From positions 1 to 34,170 of the IMG/VR virus record IMGVR_UViG_3300010043_000007: a stretch of DNA of 34,170 nucleotides, one strand, 5' to 3'. The stretch is from a virus. Its lineage: Duplodnaviria; Caudoviricetes. A program made the translations under genes and the position numbers. Each line of letters starts with the position of its first letter. The first letter of the stretch is position 1. Under the pieces are notes generated by a model, which was not told the origin of the DNA, ran no database searches, and saw nothing but the letters and a program-made list of their open reading frames with translations. Shown piece after piece: positions 1 through 9,264 of this stretch.

Positions 1-3000
1 GGCGGCGGCGGCGCGGGTGGTCCATCCGGTGTCGGCGCGGCGGGCGGTCCCGGTTCTACTGCCGCAAGTGGCGGTGGTGGCGGTGGTGGCGGTGCTAACA
101 ACGGCGCGGCTGGTGGTAATCCTGGTTCGGGTCTTCCTGGTGGTGCGGGCGGCAATGGTGGCGGCGGTTCTGGCGGCGGTTTAGGCGGTCAACCCGGCAA
201 TGCTGGTACGAGTGGTGGCGGAGGTGGTGGAGGAACGGGCACCACTACGGCATCGGCAGTCAATATGTCTGGCGGTGCTGGTGGTAGCGACACCGCATTC
301 GACAGCACGCATGGCAGCGGCGGCGGCGGCGGCGGCGCTGGTTCATGCAACAATACTGGTACTTTCACCGGTCAAGCTAACGGTGGCAATGGTGCTAACT
401 ACGGCGGCGGCGGCGGCGGGGCAGCTTGTTACCGACCGACTGGCGCTGGCAGCACGGCGACTGTTGGCAGTGGTGGTGGCGGCCTCATTGTCATCAACTA
501 CACTGTCATCAGTGGACCCGTTAGTGGTGCAGGTTCGGCAAGTGGCACGGGTGCGGCTAGCGGCGGCGGTGCGCAGATCGCTGGCGCGACGGCGAGTGCA
601 TCTGGCGTTGGTGGAAGCTCGGTTGCTGGTGGTCAGACTGCGGCTGCAAGCGGAAGTGCGGCAGGCGTCGGCGGAAGCTCGGTTACTACCGCGATTGTTC
701 TTGCGAGCGTTGCTAGTAGCTCTGGTGTTGGCGGGAGCTCGGTAGTCGGTTTTGCCGCGCTTGTTCCTGACGCCTTCCAAGTTGGCGCGTTTCAAGCACC
801 CGATGCATTCCAAGTCCGCCTTCCGGGCTCTGCGGCGTCAGCGACCGGCACAGGCGCAGCGAGCGCTGTTGGCGCAGTAGTTAGCGCAGCCGTAGGTTCA
901 GCATCCGGTGTTGGCGGCAGTTCAGTCGCTACCGCGAAAGTCATTCCTGCTACGGCGGCCGCATCTGGTGTCGGTGGTAGCGTAGTCGCTGGCGGACAAA
1001 CAGCGGTCGCGACTGCAAGTGCATCCGGCGTCGGTGGAAGTTCGGTTGCTGGCGGAAAGATCGCCGCAGCGACAGCGAGCGCATCCGGTATCGGCGGCAG
1101 TTCTGTCGCTGGTGGCGAGATTGCAGGCGCAACTGCCAGTGCTTCTGGCGTTGGTACAAGTTCTGTCGCTGGCGGTGGTATCTCTGGTGCTGCTGCGAAT
1201 TCAGCAGGCGTCGGTGCAAGCGCGGTTGTCGGCAGAGGCATCGTCGTTTCGGTTGCTAATGCTTCTGGCGTCGGTGGAAGCACAGTCGCTGGTGGGCAAA
1301 CCGCAGCCGCGATCGCAAGTGCATCCGGCGTTGGTGCGAGTTCAATCAGTGGCGCACAGATCGCCACTGCCGCCGCGAATTCAGCAGGCATTGGTGCGAG
1401 TTCAGTTGCAGGCAATGGATTATTCCCAGCCACTGCGAACGCGGCGGGCGTTGGCGGTAGTGCATTTGCAGGCGGTGGAATATCTGGTGCTACCGCAAGT
1501 GCATCTGGCATTGGCGGGAGTTCAGTTGCTGGAGCGAGAGTCATTCCCGCGACCGGCGCTGCGTCAGGTATTGGTGGAAGCACAGTCGCTGGCGGTGAAA
1601 CGGTTGCTGCTGTTGCTAGCGCATCTGGCAGTGGTGCAAGTTCGGTCGCTGGTGGTCAAATTGCTACCGCAGCCGCGAATGCATCTGGTGTTGGTGCGAG
1701 CGCGGTTACTGCGGCAAGCATTATCGTTAGTACCGCGAGTGCATCCGGTATCGGCGGAAGTTCGGTTATTGGCGGCCAGATCATTGGGGCACTTGCGAGT
1801 GCATCCGGTATCGGCGCAGCCTCTGGTGTCGGCGTTGCCTTCGTCAAGGTACTGTGGCTTGATGAAATTCGACTTGTTCCTTATGCCGATGAAACGGCAC
1901 CATTCACACCGCCGAGCGCAGCATATACTCCGAATACAGATATAGCGGCGTTCACTGGCGGCATTGGTTTCGGAACTTCCGAAGGCGTTGGTACGGCATC
2001 TGGTCTCGGTACGAGCTCAGTTGTTGGTCGAAGCATCGCTACTGCGACTGCCACGGCATCTGGCGTCGGTGCGAGCGCAGCTACAAGTGGAAAGATCGCC
2101 ACTGCTGCCGCGAGTGCGGCAGGCACGGGCACAAGTTCAGTTGCGACCGTTCAGATCATTGCTGCTACAGCAAGCGCATCCGGTGTTGGTGGAAGTTCGG
2201 TCGCAGGCGGGGAAATTGCTGGAGCAATTGCTAGCGCATCTGGCACTGGCACAAGTTTAATTTCGACTGCGCAAGTTATTCCTGCTATTGGTGCGGCGAC
2301 AGGTATCGGTGCGAGTGCGGTCACTGGTGGTAAGATCGCCGTTGCCACAGCAAGCGCGTCAGGCATCGGCGCAAGTTCAGTCGCAGGTGCGGGGTTATTC
2401 CCCGCTACTGCCGCGGCATCAGGTGTTGGCGCAAGTTCAGTTACGGGCGCTGGCATTTTCCCTGCTACTGCGAGTGCATCCGGTATTGGCGCGAGTTCTG
2501 TTGCTGGCGCAAAGATTGCTGTTGCAACTGGATCAAGTGCTGGCACTGGCGCGAGTTCAGTTACGGGCGCTGGTCTTTTCTCGGCAACCGCAAATGCATC
2601 CGGCATTGGCGCAAGTTTTGTTGTCGGAGGTGAGATCGCTGCTGCGACTGGTGCAGCGACAGGTACTGGCGCAGCTAATGCTTCTGGCGCAAAGATTGCA
2701 GGCGCAATCGCTGCGGCCACTGGCACTGGTGTAGCAACAGGAATCAGTCAGCAAGGTGCAGCCACTGGAGCTGCGACTGGTGTTGGTGCCGCGACCGCTG
2801 TTGGTCGAACCATCATCGGCGCTGTTGGTTCTGCTGCTGGCAGTGGCACGAGTAGTGTCGCAGGCGGCGGAGTCAAACCAGCCACAGCATCGAGCGCAGG
2901 CGTCGGCACGGCAAGTGCTCAATCACCGACGCTTGCTACAGCATCGGCATCCGGCATCGGTTCTGCATCCGCCGTTGGTGCCAAGATTGCAGGGGCCGTT

Positions 3001-4689
3001 GCTGCTGCGGCTGGCGTCGGCGTCGGCTCTGGTTCTAGCTCAACCACTACAACCGTTAGCGGAACGGCTTCCGGTGCTGGCGTTGGCGCGGCCTCGGCAA
3101 CAAGCAGAACGATTGCTGGAGCAGTTGGTGCTTCTGCTGGCGTTGGTGCGGCTTCGGCAATTGGCAGGACGATTGTTGGCACTGTAGCTTCGGCATCTGG
3201 TGCTGGCTCAGCAATTGGTCGCTTCGGCATTTCAGGTACTCTTGCTTCAACTGAAGCAAGTGATGTAGCAGCCTTTGTTGGTGTTCTTGCTATTTCCGGT
3301 AGCTTGGCGACTGCTGAAGCGCCGGATATTGCGGTTTTTGTTGAAGGTGATAATAGATATGGTTCATTGGCAGCTAGAGACGCCAGTGATGTCGCAGCTT
3401 TTGTAGGACAGATTGTAAGCTCCGGTGCGTTTTCCGTAGTCGAAGCAATTGATATTGCGAATTTCCCCGGTCTTGTTGGCATTACCGGCGCATTGACGAC
3501 ACAAGAACTTGTTTTAGATCAGGCAAGTTTCGCTGGTTTAGTCGGTATTGCTGGCGCATTGGCCACGCAAGAAACTGGTGGTCCTGATCTTGCGAGTTTT
3601 GCCGGTCGAATTGAATGGTATGTCACGCTTGCCGCATATGAAGCGGCAGACACTGCAACTTTCCAAGGACTAGTTGCTCGCAGTGGTACATTAGCTGCGA
3701 TTGAAAGTAGCGACACTGTCGCTATTGCTGGTTCAGTCGCATGGCTTGGAATACTAGCAGCCATTGAAGCACATGACACCGCAGCATTCTCAGGTGTCAC
3801 TGAAAATTATGGTACTTTCGCAGGTCATGAAGCATCAGACACTGCGGCGATCTCAGCTAGTGTGGCTTGGGCAGGATCGCTGGCCGTTGTTGAAGGCGCA
3901 GATCACGCTGCGTTTGTCGGTCTTGTTAGCGCGATTGGTGCTCTCACAGCGGTTGAAGCAAGCGATATCGCAGCTTTCCCTGGTCTAGTTGGTCGCACTG
4001 GTAGTCTTGCTGCGGTTGAAGTTGATGATAATGCAGCATTCGTTGGACTGATTGGTCATACTGGTAGCTTTGCTGTTGTCGAGATTGGCAGTGATACTGC
4101 CGCGTTTACCGCGAATGCGGCATTTCTTACTACTCTGGCTGCGACTGAAACGCCGGATAAGGCCACATTCATTGGCCTGACTGCGGCACTTGGCGTATTA
4201 GCTGCAATTGATCGAGCAGATGCGGCGTCGTTTACGACAACGATGGGTATCGTTGGTCATCTTGCGGCACTTGAAGCAAATGACATTTGTCATATTCAAG
4301 GCTTCTCGTGGTCGCTACAAGGTACGCTTGTTGTTCGTGAGAATAATGATACAGCAAGCTTCGCTGCTACGCTGTTGACTTATGGCAGTCTAGCTGCTGT
4401 TGAAGCACATGATACCGCAGCGTTCTCTGCTAGATTTGAAGCCAAACTGGCTGCGACTGAAGCCGCAGATATAGTTGGATTCACCGGTGAAATTGTCAAA
4501 ATTATTTCACCGTCTCCGGTTGCCAATTTTATTGGTAAATGGCCGCACATTGAATTCTATGGACAGTATAAACCTACAGTCTTTATCGGTACATGGACGG
4601 AACCAGCTAAGAATGTGACTGGATCACAATCAAAACCATCCCCGGCTGCGGGGCGTTATAAACCATCGAAGTCAACTGGAACAGTCTAA
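1..4689 (+). CDS. Giant Gly/Ala/Ser-rich repetitive virion protein (fibre/whisker-like), 5'-truncated by the window edge
   Basis: Frame 1 has no stop from base 1, so the Met at 265 is probably internal. A poly-Gly domain is followed by 20-aa (60-bp) repeats such as ASGVGGSSVAGGKIAAATAS, then ~21-aa repeats G.LAA.E..D.AAF.G. Stop at 4687-4689 abuts the next ATG. Confidence 0.8.
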   Translation, partial: GGGGAGGPSGVGAAGGPGSTAASGGGGGGGGANNGAAGGNPGSGLPGGAGGNGGGGSGGGLGGQPGNAGTSGGGGGGGTGTTTASAVNMSGGAGGSDTAFDSTHGSGGGGGGAGSCNNTGTFTGQANGGNGANYGGGGGGAACYRPTGAGSTATVGSGGGGLIVINYTVISGPVSGAGSASGTGAASGGGAQIAGATASASGVGGSSVAGGQTAAASGSAAGVGGSSVTTAIVLASVASSSGVGGSSVVGFAALVPDAFQVGAFQAPDAFQVRLPGSAASATGTGAASAVGAVVSAAVGSASGVGGSSVATAKVIPATAAASGVGGSVVAGGQTAVATASASGVGGSSVAGGKIAAATASASGIGGSSVAGGEIAGATASASGVGTSSVAGGGISGAAANSAGVGASAVVGRGIVVSVANASGVGGSTVAGGQTAAAIASASGVGASSISGAQIATAAANSAGIGASSVAGNGLFPATANAAGVGGSAFAGGGISGATASASGIGGSSVAGARVIPATGAASGIGGSTVAGGETVAAVASASGSGASSVAGGQIATAAANASGVGASAVTAASIIVSTASASGIGGSSVIGGQIIGALASASGIGAASGVGVAFVKVLWLDEIRLVPYADETAPFTPPSAAYTPNTDIAAFTGGIGFGTSEGVGTASGLGTSSVVGRSIATATATASGVGASAATSGKIATAAASAAGTGTSSVATVQIIAATASASGVGGSSVAGGEIAGAIASASGTGTSLISTAQVIPAIGAATGIGASAVTGGKIAVATASASGIGASSVAGAGLFPATAAASGVGASSVTGAGIFPATASASGIGASSVAGAKIAVATGSSAGTGASSVTGAGLFSATANASGIGASFVVGGEIAAATGAATGTGAANASGAKIAGAIAAATGTGVATGISQQGAATGAATGVGAATAVGRTIIGAVGSAAGSGTSSVAGGGVKPATASSAGVGTASAQSPTLATASASGIGSASAVGAKIAGAVAAAAGVGVGSGSSSTTTTVSGTASGAGVGAASATSRTIAGAVGASAGVGAASAIGRTIVGTVASASGAGSAIGRFGISGTLASTEASDVAAFVGVLAISGSLATAEAPDIAVFVEGDNRYGSLAARDASDVAAFVGQIVSSGAFSVVEAIDIANFPGLVGITGALTTQELVLDQASFAGLVGIAGALATQETGGPDLASFAGRIEWYVTLAAYEAADTATFQGLVARSGTLAAIESSDTVAIAGSVAWLGILAAIEAHDTAAFSGVTENYGTFAGHEASDTAAISASVAWAGSLAVVEGADHAAFVGLVSAIGALTAVEASDIAAFPGLVGRTGSLAAVEVDDNAAFVGLIGHTGSFAVVEIGSDTAAFTANAAFLTTLAATETPDKATFIGLTAALGVLAAIDRADAASFTTTMGIVGHLAALEANDICHIQGFSWSLQGTLVVRENNDTASFAATLLTYGSLAAVEAHDTAAFSARFEAKLAATEAADIVGFTGEIVKIISPSPVANFIGKWPHIEFYGQYKPTVFIGTWTEPAKNVTGSQSKPSPAAGRYKPSKSTGTV
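541..3230 (+). repeat. Degenerate 60-bp coding tandem repeat (20-aa unit)
   Basis: gcatc(c/t)gg(t/c) or close variants recur at exact 60-nt spacing (901, 961, 1021, 1081, 1141...), with a few interruptions. Confidence 0.85.
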
Positions 4690-5034
4690 ATGACAGCATC
4701 ACACAAATTGCATTCGTTTTTTGCTGCTGACGACTGGACTATCAATGGCACGCTATATGATATTTATGATGATCCGCTTAACCCGACTGGCTACACGATT
4801 GAATGGGGTTTATATGATTTCAATCTTGTGCCAGTGATCAACACTGGTGATGTTATCATTACGATTGCTGATGCTGTCAATGGAAAGATTGTGATCACGG
4901 TGCCGAGTGAGAAAACACAAATAGTTGTTCCTGGTGATTATACTGATGCTTTGCGGTTGACAAAGAATCAAAATACTGGGACAATGTGGACAGGTCCAAT
5001 CATGGTTAAGAAAGCGCGTTTTCCGGCAATCTAA
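4690..5034 (+). CDS. Phage structural protein, BppU N-terminal-like beta-sandwich
   Basis: Pattern ADDWTINGTL..D.PLNPTGYTIEW...DAVNGKIVITVP..T...PGDY is typical of this family; directly abuts the upstream gene. Confidence 0.5.
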   Translation: MTASHKLHSFFAADDWTINGTLYDIYDDPLNPTGYTIEWGLYDFNLVPVINTGDVIITIADAVNGKIVITVPSEKTQIVVPGDYTDALRLTKNQNTGTMWTGPIMVKKARFPAI

Positions 5035-5049
5035 AAGGAGAGGTTATCG

Positions 5050-5718
5050 GTGACAACGCAACACATCCTAAATGTTATCCAAGAATGGACTACGCAAGAC
5101 TTGTTGACACTTGATGAACTCAAGGTGCAATTGAGAATTGCTACGGGAGATACATCAAGAGATGCTGAGTTGATTTTGATCATAAATGGTGTTTCGGCAC
5201 AGATAGCAAGCATGGTCAATCGTGTATTTGGTTATGAAAAAGTGCGGGAAACTTTTTATGATGTGCAGGGTAGGAAACTACTTTACTTTTCGCGCTGGCC
5301 AGTTTTGAAAAGTGACATTGTAAGCATGACATTAGATGGTGTTGATATTCTTACGAGTACTGATTGGGTGCTTGAAGAAAAAACTGGCACGCTTTATACT
5401 CCACCTTCGAAAGGTCGTGTGTGTTGGAATGGTGATTTAGATATCATTTATAGTGGTGGCTACAAGATACCGGAAGAAGCACCTGATGATCTCAAGAAAT
5501 GTTGTAGTGTTGCTGCGCGCGAAGATTATTACACCTATGTTCGAGGAACAGTGTTATCTGGTGTGCGTATGATTAGTCATAAGAGTGCACGTGTCATGTA
5601 CTATCCCCCTGGTCAAGTTAGCACGACTGGCGGTGGCGGCGGTGCACAAGCACAGTATGGACCAACTTGGCAAGCTATTCAAAATGTTTTGCGAAAATAC
5701 TTCAGGCATTGGGTCTAA
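5050..5718 (+). CDS. Head-tail connector (adaptor) protein, HK97 gp6/phiE125 gp8-like
   Basis: LLTLDELKVQLRI..DTSRDAELILII..VSAQI...NR.F N-terminus and YSGGY..PEEAPDDLK motif; RBS AAGGAG upstream of GTG. Confidence 0.8.
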   Translation: MTTQHILNVIQEWTTQDLLTLDELKVQLRIATGDTSRDAELILIINGVSAQIASMVNRVFGYEKVRETFYDVQGRKLLYFSRWPVLKSDIVSMTLDGVDILTSTDWVLEEKTGTLYTPPSKGRVCWNGDLDIIYSGGYKIPEEAPDDLKKCCSVAAREDYYTYVRGTVLSGVRMISHKSARVMYYPPGQVSTTGGGGGAQAQYGPTWQAIQNVLRKYFRHWV

Positions 5719-6009
5719 ATGGGTATTCAAGCTGACCTTTCTGACTTCAATTGGTTGCCAGAATTGTTTGAGCGACGGCTGAATCTAGTACAAGATCTAG
5801 TCGAAGAAGGTCGCGTATTTACTGATGCTTATGTTGCTACTAAGAGTCAAAAAGAAGAACAAAAAAGAAGTGAAAAGCCTCAACGTCATGATTTTAGAAC
5901 GCGGCGGCTAGTTCGTCGTATTCGTAGAGCGACGGGAAATCAATACGCGCGTGGTGTTGAAATCGTTGCGTATCACAAGTTTGTTGATTGGTGGAATCGA
6001 AACTGGTGA
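5719..6009 (+). CDS. Hypothetical protein (neck region, Arg-rich C-half)
   Basis: ORF packed tightly between neighbours in the operon. Confidence 0.55.
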   Translation: MGIQADLSDFNWLPELFERRLNLVQDLVEEGRVFTDAYVATKSQKEEQKRSEKPQRHDFRTRRLVRRIRRATGNQYARGVEIVAYHKFVDWWNRNW

Positions 6010-6017
6010 GGTGACTC

Positions 6018-6914
6018 ATGGCTTATGAATACACTACGGGCACATTGCCCAATGAGAACGTTGTGAAGGCTGATGGTGTAGGCCCATTGCCAGCCGATAA
6101 TCGCGCGCTTCCATTTAATGCTAACATCAGTACGTTATTGCATGAGCTTTGGCTGGTCAGTGATAATCCATTGATCTATCCCGGAATGTTTACCATCGGC
6201 GGGACATGGGCCGAAGGGGACGAAGCAATTTGTGCTGTGAGATGGGGCGATGTATCGATTGGGTTTTCTCATATCGCTAAGGCTGGTGAAGGCGCGCGGC
6301 AAGTGGCTGAGGGTTTACGTAACCAGATGGCCGCAGATGCGACGTTTGCGCAAACGCCCATCTTCGTCATGCCGGTCGGCGAATACGGCGGCGGCTCAAG
6401 CTGGCATATATGTCCGCCTTGGAAATGTTGGAACACCGAGCCGAAAATTGTCCTGACCACGGGCAAGACTAGTGTCAACGGCAACGTCAGCATTGGCCGC
6501 CAGCCGGAAGATGTACTTGATACGCCAGCTTGCACAGTGACCATTGCCCATGCGGTGCCAGGGCGTCCTGCGAAGATGAATGATCTTATTGGTGAGTTGC
6601 GCTATATGGGACAGACTGATAAGATTGAAGGACCTGACGATAAAAATATTCGCCAAATTTTTGCGAATTTGCAGGTTTATATCAAGCGCCCGAGCAATAG
6701 TGCACCAATGGGGCGGTGGCAGTTCCAGAACGCGAGTGGAAACGAGAACAACGTAGTGAATGCAATGATGCTCGCAGATGGTCTTGTACTCTGCGACGCT
6801 AACGGTGCACATCCACCCGGTGGTTCAGATGGTGAAGGATTTATGGGAGCTGGAACTATTCATCTTCCCGAAGGCGGCTCGATCTGGATCGGTGGCAAGA
6901 AGGTGCTTGGTTAA
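6018..6914 (+). CDS. Hypothetical virion-associated protein
   Basis: 298-aa ORF with GAGGTG RBS; stop overlaps the next start (TAATG). Confidence 0.6.
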   Translation: MAYEYTTGTLPNENVVKADGVGPLPADNRALPFNANISTLLHELWLVSDNPLIYPGMFTIGGTWAEGDEAICAVRWGDVSIGFSHIAKAGEGARQVAEGLRNQMAADATFAQTPIFVMPVGEYGGGSSWHICPPWKCWNTEPKIVLTTGKTSVNGNVSIGRQPEDVLDTPACTVTIAHAVPGRPAKMNDLIGELRYMGQTDKIEGPDDKNIRQIFANLQVYIKRPSNSAPMGRWQFQNASGNENNVVNAMMLADGLVLCDANGAHPPGGSDGEGFMGAGTIHLPEGGSIWIGGKKVLG

Positions 6915-7348
6915 TGGCCGTTGACTTTGCAGTATGGGTCTATAGTCCCTGTTTCGATACTTTTGCGAGACAGATTATGTATTTTCCGATTGTGAGTCAA
7001 CCCGGTGTATCTGGGTTCCCTGCGCGTGGCATCTTTGATACTAATGATGTTGACGTGCAGGCGCTTGATGGTTCTATCTACACAGATGCACGTACTGAAC
7101 TTGATATCTTTCAGCCAGAATGGGCTGTTTATCCTTTACAAGGTGACATTGTTGATATTCCGTGGGAAGATGATGTTGATGGTGGTGTCTTTACTGTTGC
7201 TGACGTGCATGGTCATGGCAATGCTGGTGGCGAACTAACGCTTACCTTGCAACGTTATGAACCCGGTAAGACTGGACTCGTGTTCACGGCGTGGCCTTAC
7301 ACGCTTAAATCTCCTAGTTTCGCTAAACCAGTATTGGTGGTGACATGA
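6914..7348 (+). CDS. Head-tail joining/closure protein (lambda FII-like)
   Basis: DTFAR...Y.P.......ARGIFD......P.QGD.VDI.......FTVADV...G.GE.TLTL pattern; position between connector and tail-completion genes. Confidence 0.65.
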   Translation: MAVDFAVWVYSPCFDTFARQIMYFPIVSQPGVSGFPARGIFDTNDVDVQALDGSIYTDARTELDIFQPEWAVYPLQGDIVDIPWEDDVDGGVFTVADVHGHGNAGGELTLTLQRYEPGKTGLVFTAWPYTLKSPSFAKPVLVVT

Positions 7349-8289
7349 CCATTCCAGTCTATGCAATGACAGATGTCTGGGCTAATCCAGCTCAGCTATT
7401 CACTGCGTTGCGCATGGACGCGCAAGATAGTGGTCACGCATTTGGATCGCTGCTGCTTGATTTGTTAGTCAATGGTACGTCACGTTTCAAATTTGATCCT
7501 GATAACAATCAGGTAATACTTCAGACAACAAAGTATGGACCAGATCCAAGTGGCATAGCTGGTGGGGATATTCTTGCTCTGCGCAATGGCAGTCGACCGC
7601 AAGCAATTGTTGCCTATAACACGTGGACCGATACGCTGAACTGGGAACGCGGCGGGATGGGCTGGTTGCTTAATCCAGGCGCATTCACCATCGGTACGTT
7701 CAAGGCTGGAGGAGGTCAGCTTAAGCCGGTCTTCTTCACCGGCACGAATTTCTATGTTGGTGCTAATGATCTTGCTTTCAATCGTGCGGCCCCCGGCGTG
7801 TTCGAGATCAACAACGGCTCGCCCGGTGTCGATACGGGTTGTTACATGACATGGGGTGGCACGGCGCGGGCCAGTGCTGATGTGAGTTATACGAGCACTG
7901 CGACGCTTGCGACTATCGGTGGCATGACAGTCAATGTTGCGGCTGCTCGAACTTATTCTTTTGAGATTGATCTCCCATTCACTTGTGCGGCGGCTGGCGG
8001 AATCAGAGCAGCGATTAGTGGCACATGCACGGCCACTAACATCATTTACGATGGTTGGATCATTGATAGTGGCAGCAATGGTATCAAGGGCAATGCGCAG
8101 GCGACTGCACTTAACGCAGTTGTCGCGAATGCGCCGACCACTGGCACTGCTGGTCATGTTAAGATCAGTGGTACGATCACGGTTGCTAATGCAGGTACGC
8201 TTACGGTGCAGGCTGCACAGTCAGTATCGAATGGAACTGCTACTATCGTAAAGCGCGGTGCGAAAATGATCGTGGATGATATCACATGA
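7345..8289 (+). CDS. Putative virion structural/fibre-like protein
   Basis: Thr/Gly/Ala-rich beta protein with C-terminal jelly-roll-like pattern (..ISGTITVANAGTLTVQAAQSVSN..TIVKRGA); ATGA overlaps on both sides. Confidence 0.55.
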   Translation: MTIPVYAMTDVWANPAQLFTALRMDAQDSGHAFGSLLLDLLVNGTSRFKFDPDNNQVILQTTKYGPDPSGIAGGDILALRNGSRPQAIVAYNTWTDTLNWERGGMGWLLNPGAFTIGTFKAGGGQLKPVFFTGTNFYVGANDLAFNRAAPGVFEINNGSPGVDTGCYMTWGGTARASADVSYTSTATLATIGGMTVNVAAARTYSFEIDLPFTCAAAGGIRAAISGTCTATNIIYDGWIIDSGSNGIKGNAQATALNAVVANAPTTGTAGHVKISGTITVANAGTLTVQAAQSVSNGTATIVKRGAKMIVDDIT

Positions 8290-8990
8290 GCTATCGCCCA
8301 CCGTCATCTCAGTTCACGCCAGACCTGCATAGTTATAGCTTTATTATCCGTGATGGCTGGCTTGCTCGTATTAAGGTGCTGCCAACATTTCAAAGCGTCA
8401 AGCGTTGGGCGACCACGACAGCAAACCGGATTCAGCCGGAGCAATTACCATTCTTTGGTTGCTACATTATGGACGAACAGTTGCGACCAGATGGTGATCC
8501 AAATGCTGGTGAACCACGCTTTGTCAATGAGATGAAACTTGGCTTTTCGGTCATAATACAAAATAGTGATGATAGTGTAGCTGAGAAGAATCTCGATACA
8601 GCATATCAAATGCTCATGGGGCTGTTGACTTATCAAGGATGGCACAAGTTTCCAATGCCCGCACCATGGCCAGCCGTAGAGATTGAAGGCATCTCGCGTG
8701 GCTCACGTCAGTTCAAGTATGGCAATGCGGGCAATAATCAAGAAACGCCTATCGCTGAACTGCGCTTTGATCTTACTTTCCGGCATCGAACATTCTTCCC
8801 GCCGGTTGTCACTGATCCGTTAGAACGTATTCATGTCACGGTTGCTTATCCTTGGCCGTATGAACAAGGTGCTTATGATCCACCCTTTACGGTTCAGTAT
8901 GACTTGCTGCAAGAAAAGTCTACGATGCCGTATTCACTAGATAGTCCAACTTTCGCTACGCCGCGATTGCGTAAGTCGCAGGAATTCTAA
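8286..8990 (+). CDS. Tail completion/terminator protein (lambda gpU/Mu gp37-like)
   Basis: Immediately upstream of the DUF2635-like and sheath genes; IRD...ARI.....I..EQLP..G.Y..DE pattern. Confidence 0.6.
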   Translation: MSYRPPSSQFTPDLHSYSFIIRDGWLARIKVLPTFQSVKRWATTTANRIQPEQLPFFGCYIMDEQLRPDGDPNAGEPRFVNEMKLGFSVIIQNSDDSVAEKNLDTAYQMLMGLLTYQGWHKFPMPAPWPAVEIEGISRGSRQFKYGNAGNNQETPIAELRFDLTFRHRTFFPPVVTDPLERIHVTVAYPWPYEQGAYDPPFTVQYDLLQEKSTMPYSLDSPTFATPRLRKSQEF

Positions 8991-9004
8991 ACCAGGAGGC
9001 AGCT

Positions 9005-9214
9005 ATGGTAAAAGTCTATGCTCTAAAAGAGAACGTCAAAAGGGATATCAAATATCCCATCGGCAATATCGGCTTCGACGAAAATGGCGAGGCAGACTGG
9101 CCGCACGATCAATTCACGCAGCGCCGTATCAGAGATGGTGACATCTCACTTGATCCTCCAACTAAGCAAATTGGAGGAACAGAGCGCAAGACGGTGCCGT
9201 CAACTAAGACCTAG
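9005..9214 (+). CDS. Mu gp38-like small tail protein (DUF2635-like)
   Basis: G..WP.DQFT.RRIRDGDI motif directly before the sheath gene; GGAGG RBS. Confidence 0.7.
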   Translation: MVKVYALKENVKRDIKYPIGNIGFDENGEADWPHDQFTQRRIRDGDISLDPPTKQIGGTERKTVPSTKT

Positions 9215-9264
9215 TCGCATTTGCGCTTTGGTTGTTCTAACGCTTAATCTAGAGGAGGCATACC

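Noticed and set aside
200-3988. Long alternative-frame and antisense ORFs over the giant repeat gene
   Set aside because: Shadows of GC-rich Ala/Gly repeat codons; the whole region is a tightly coupled + strand operon
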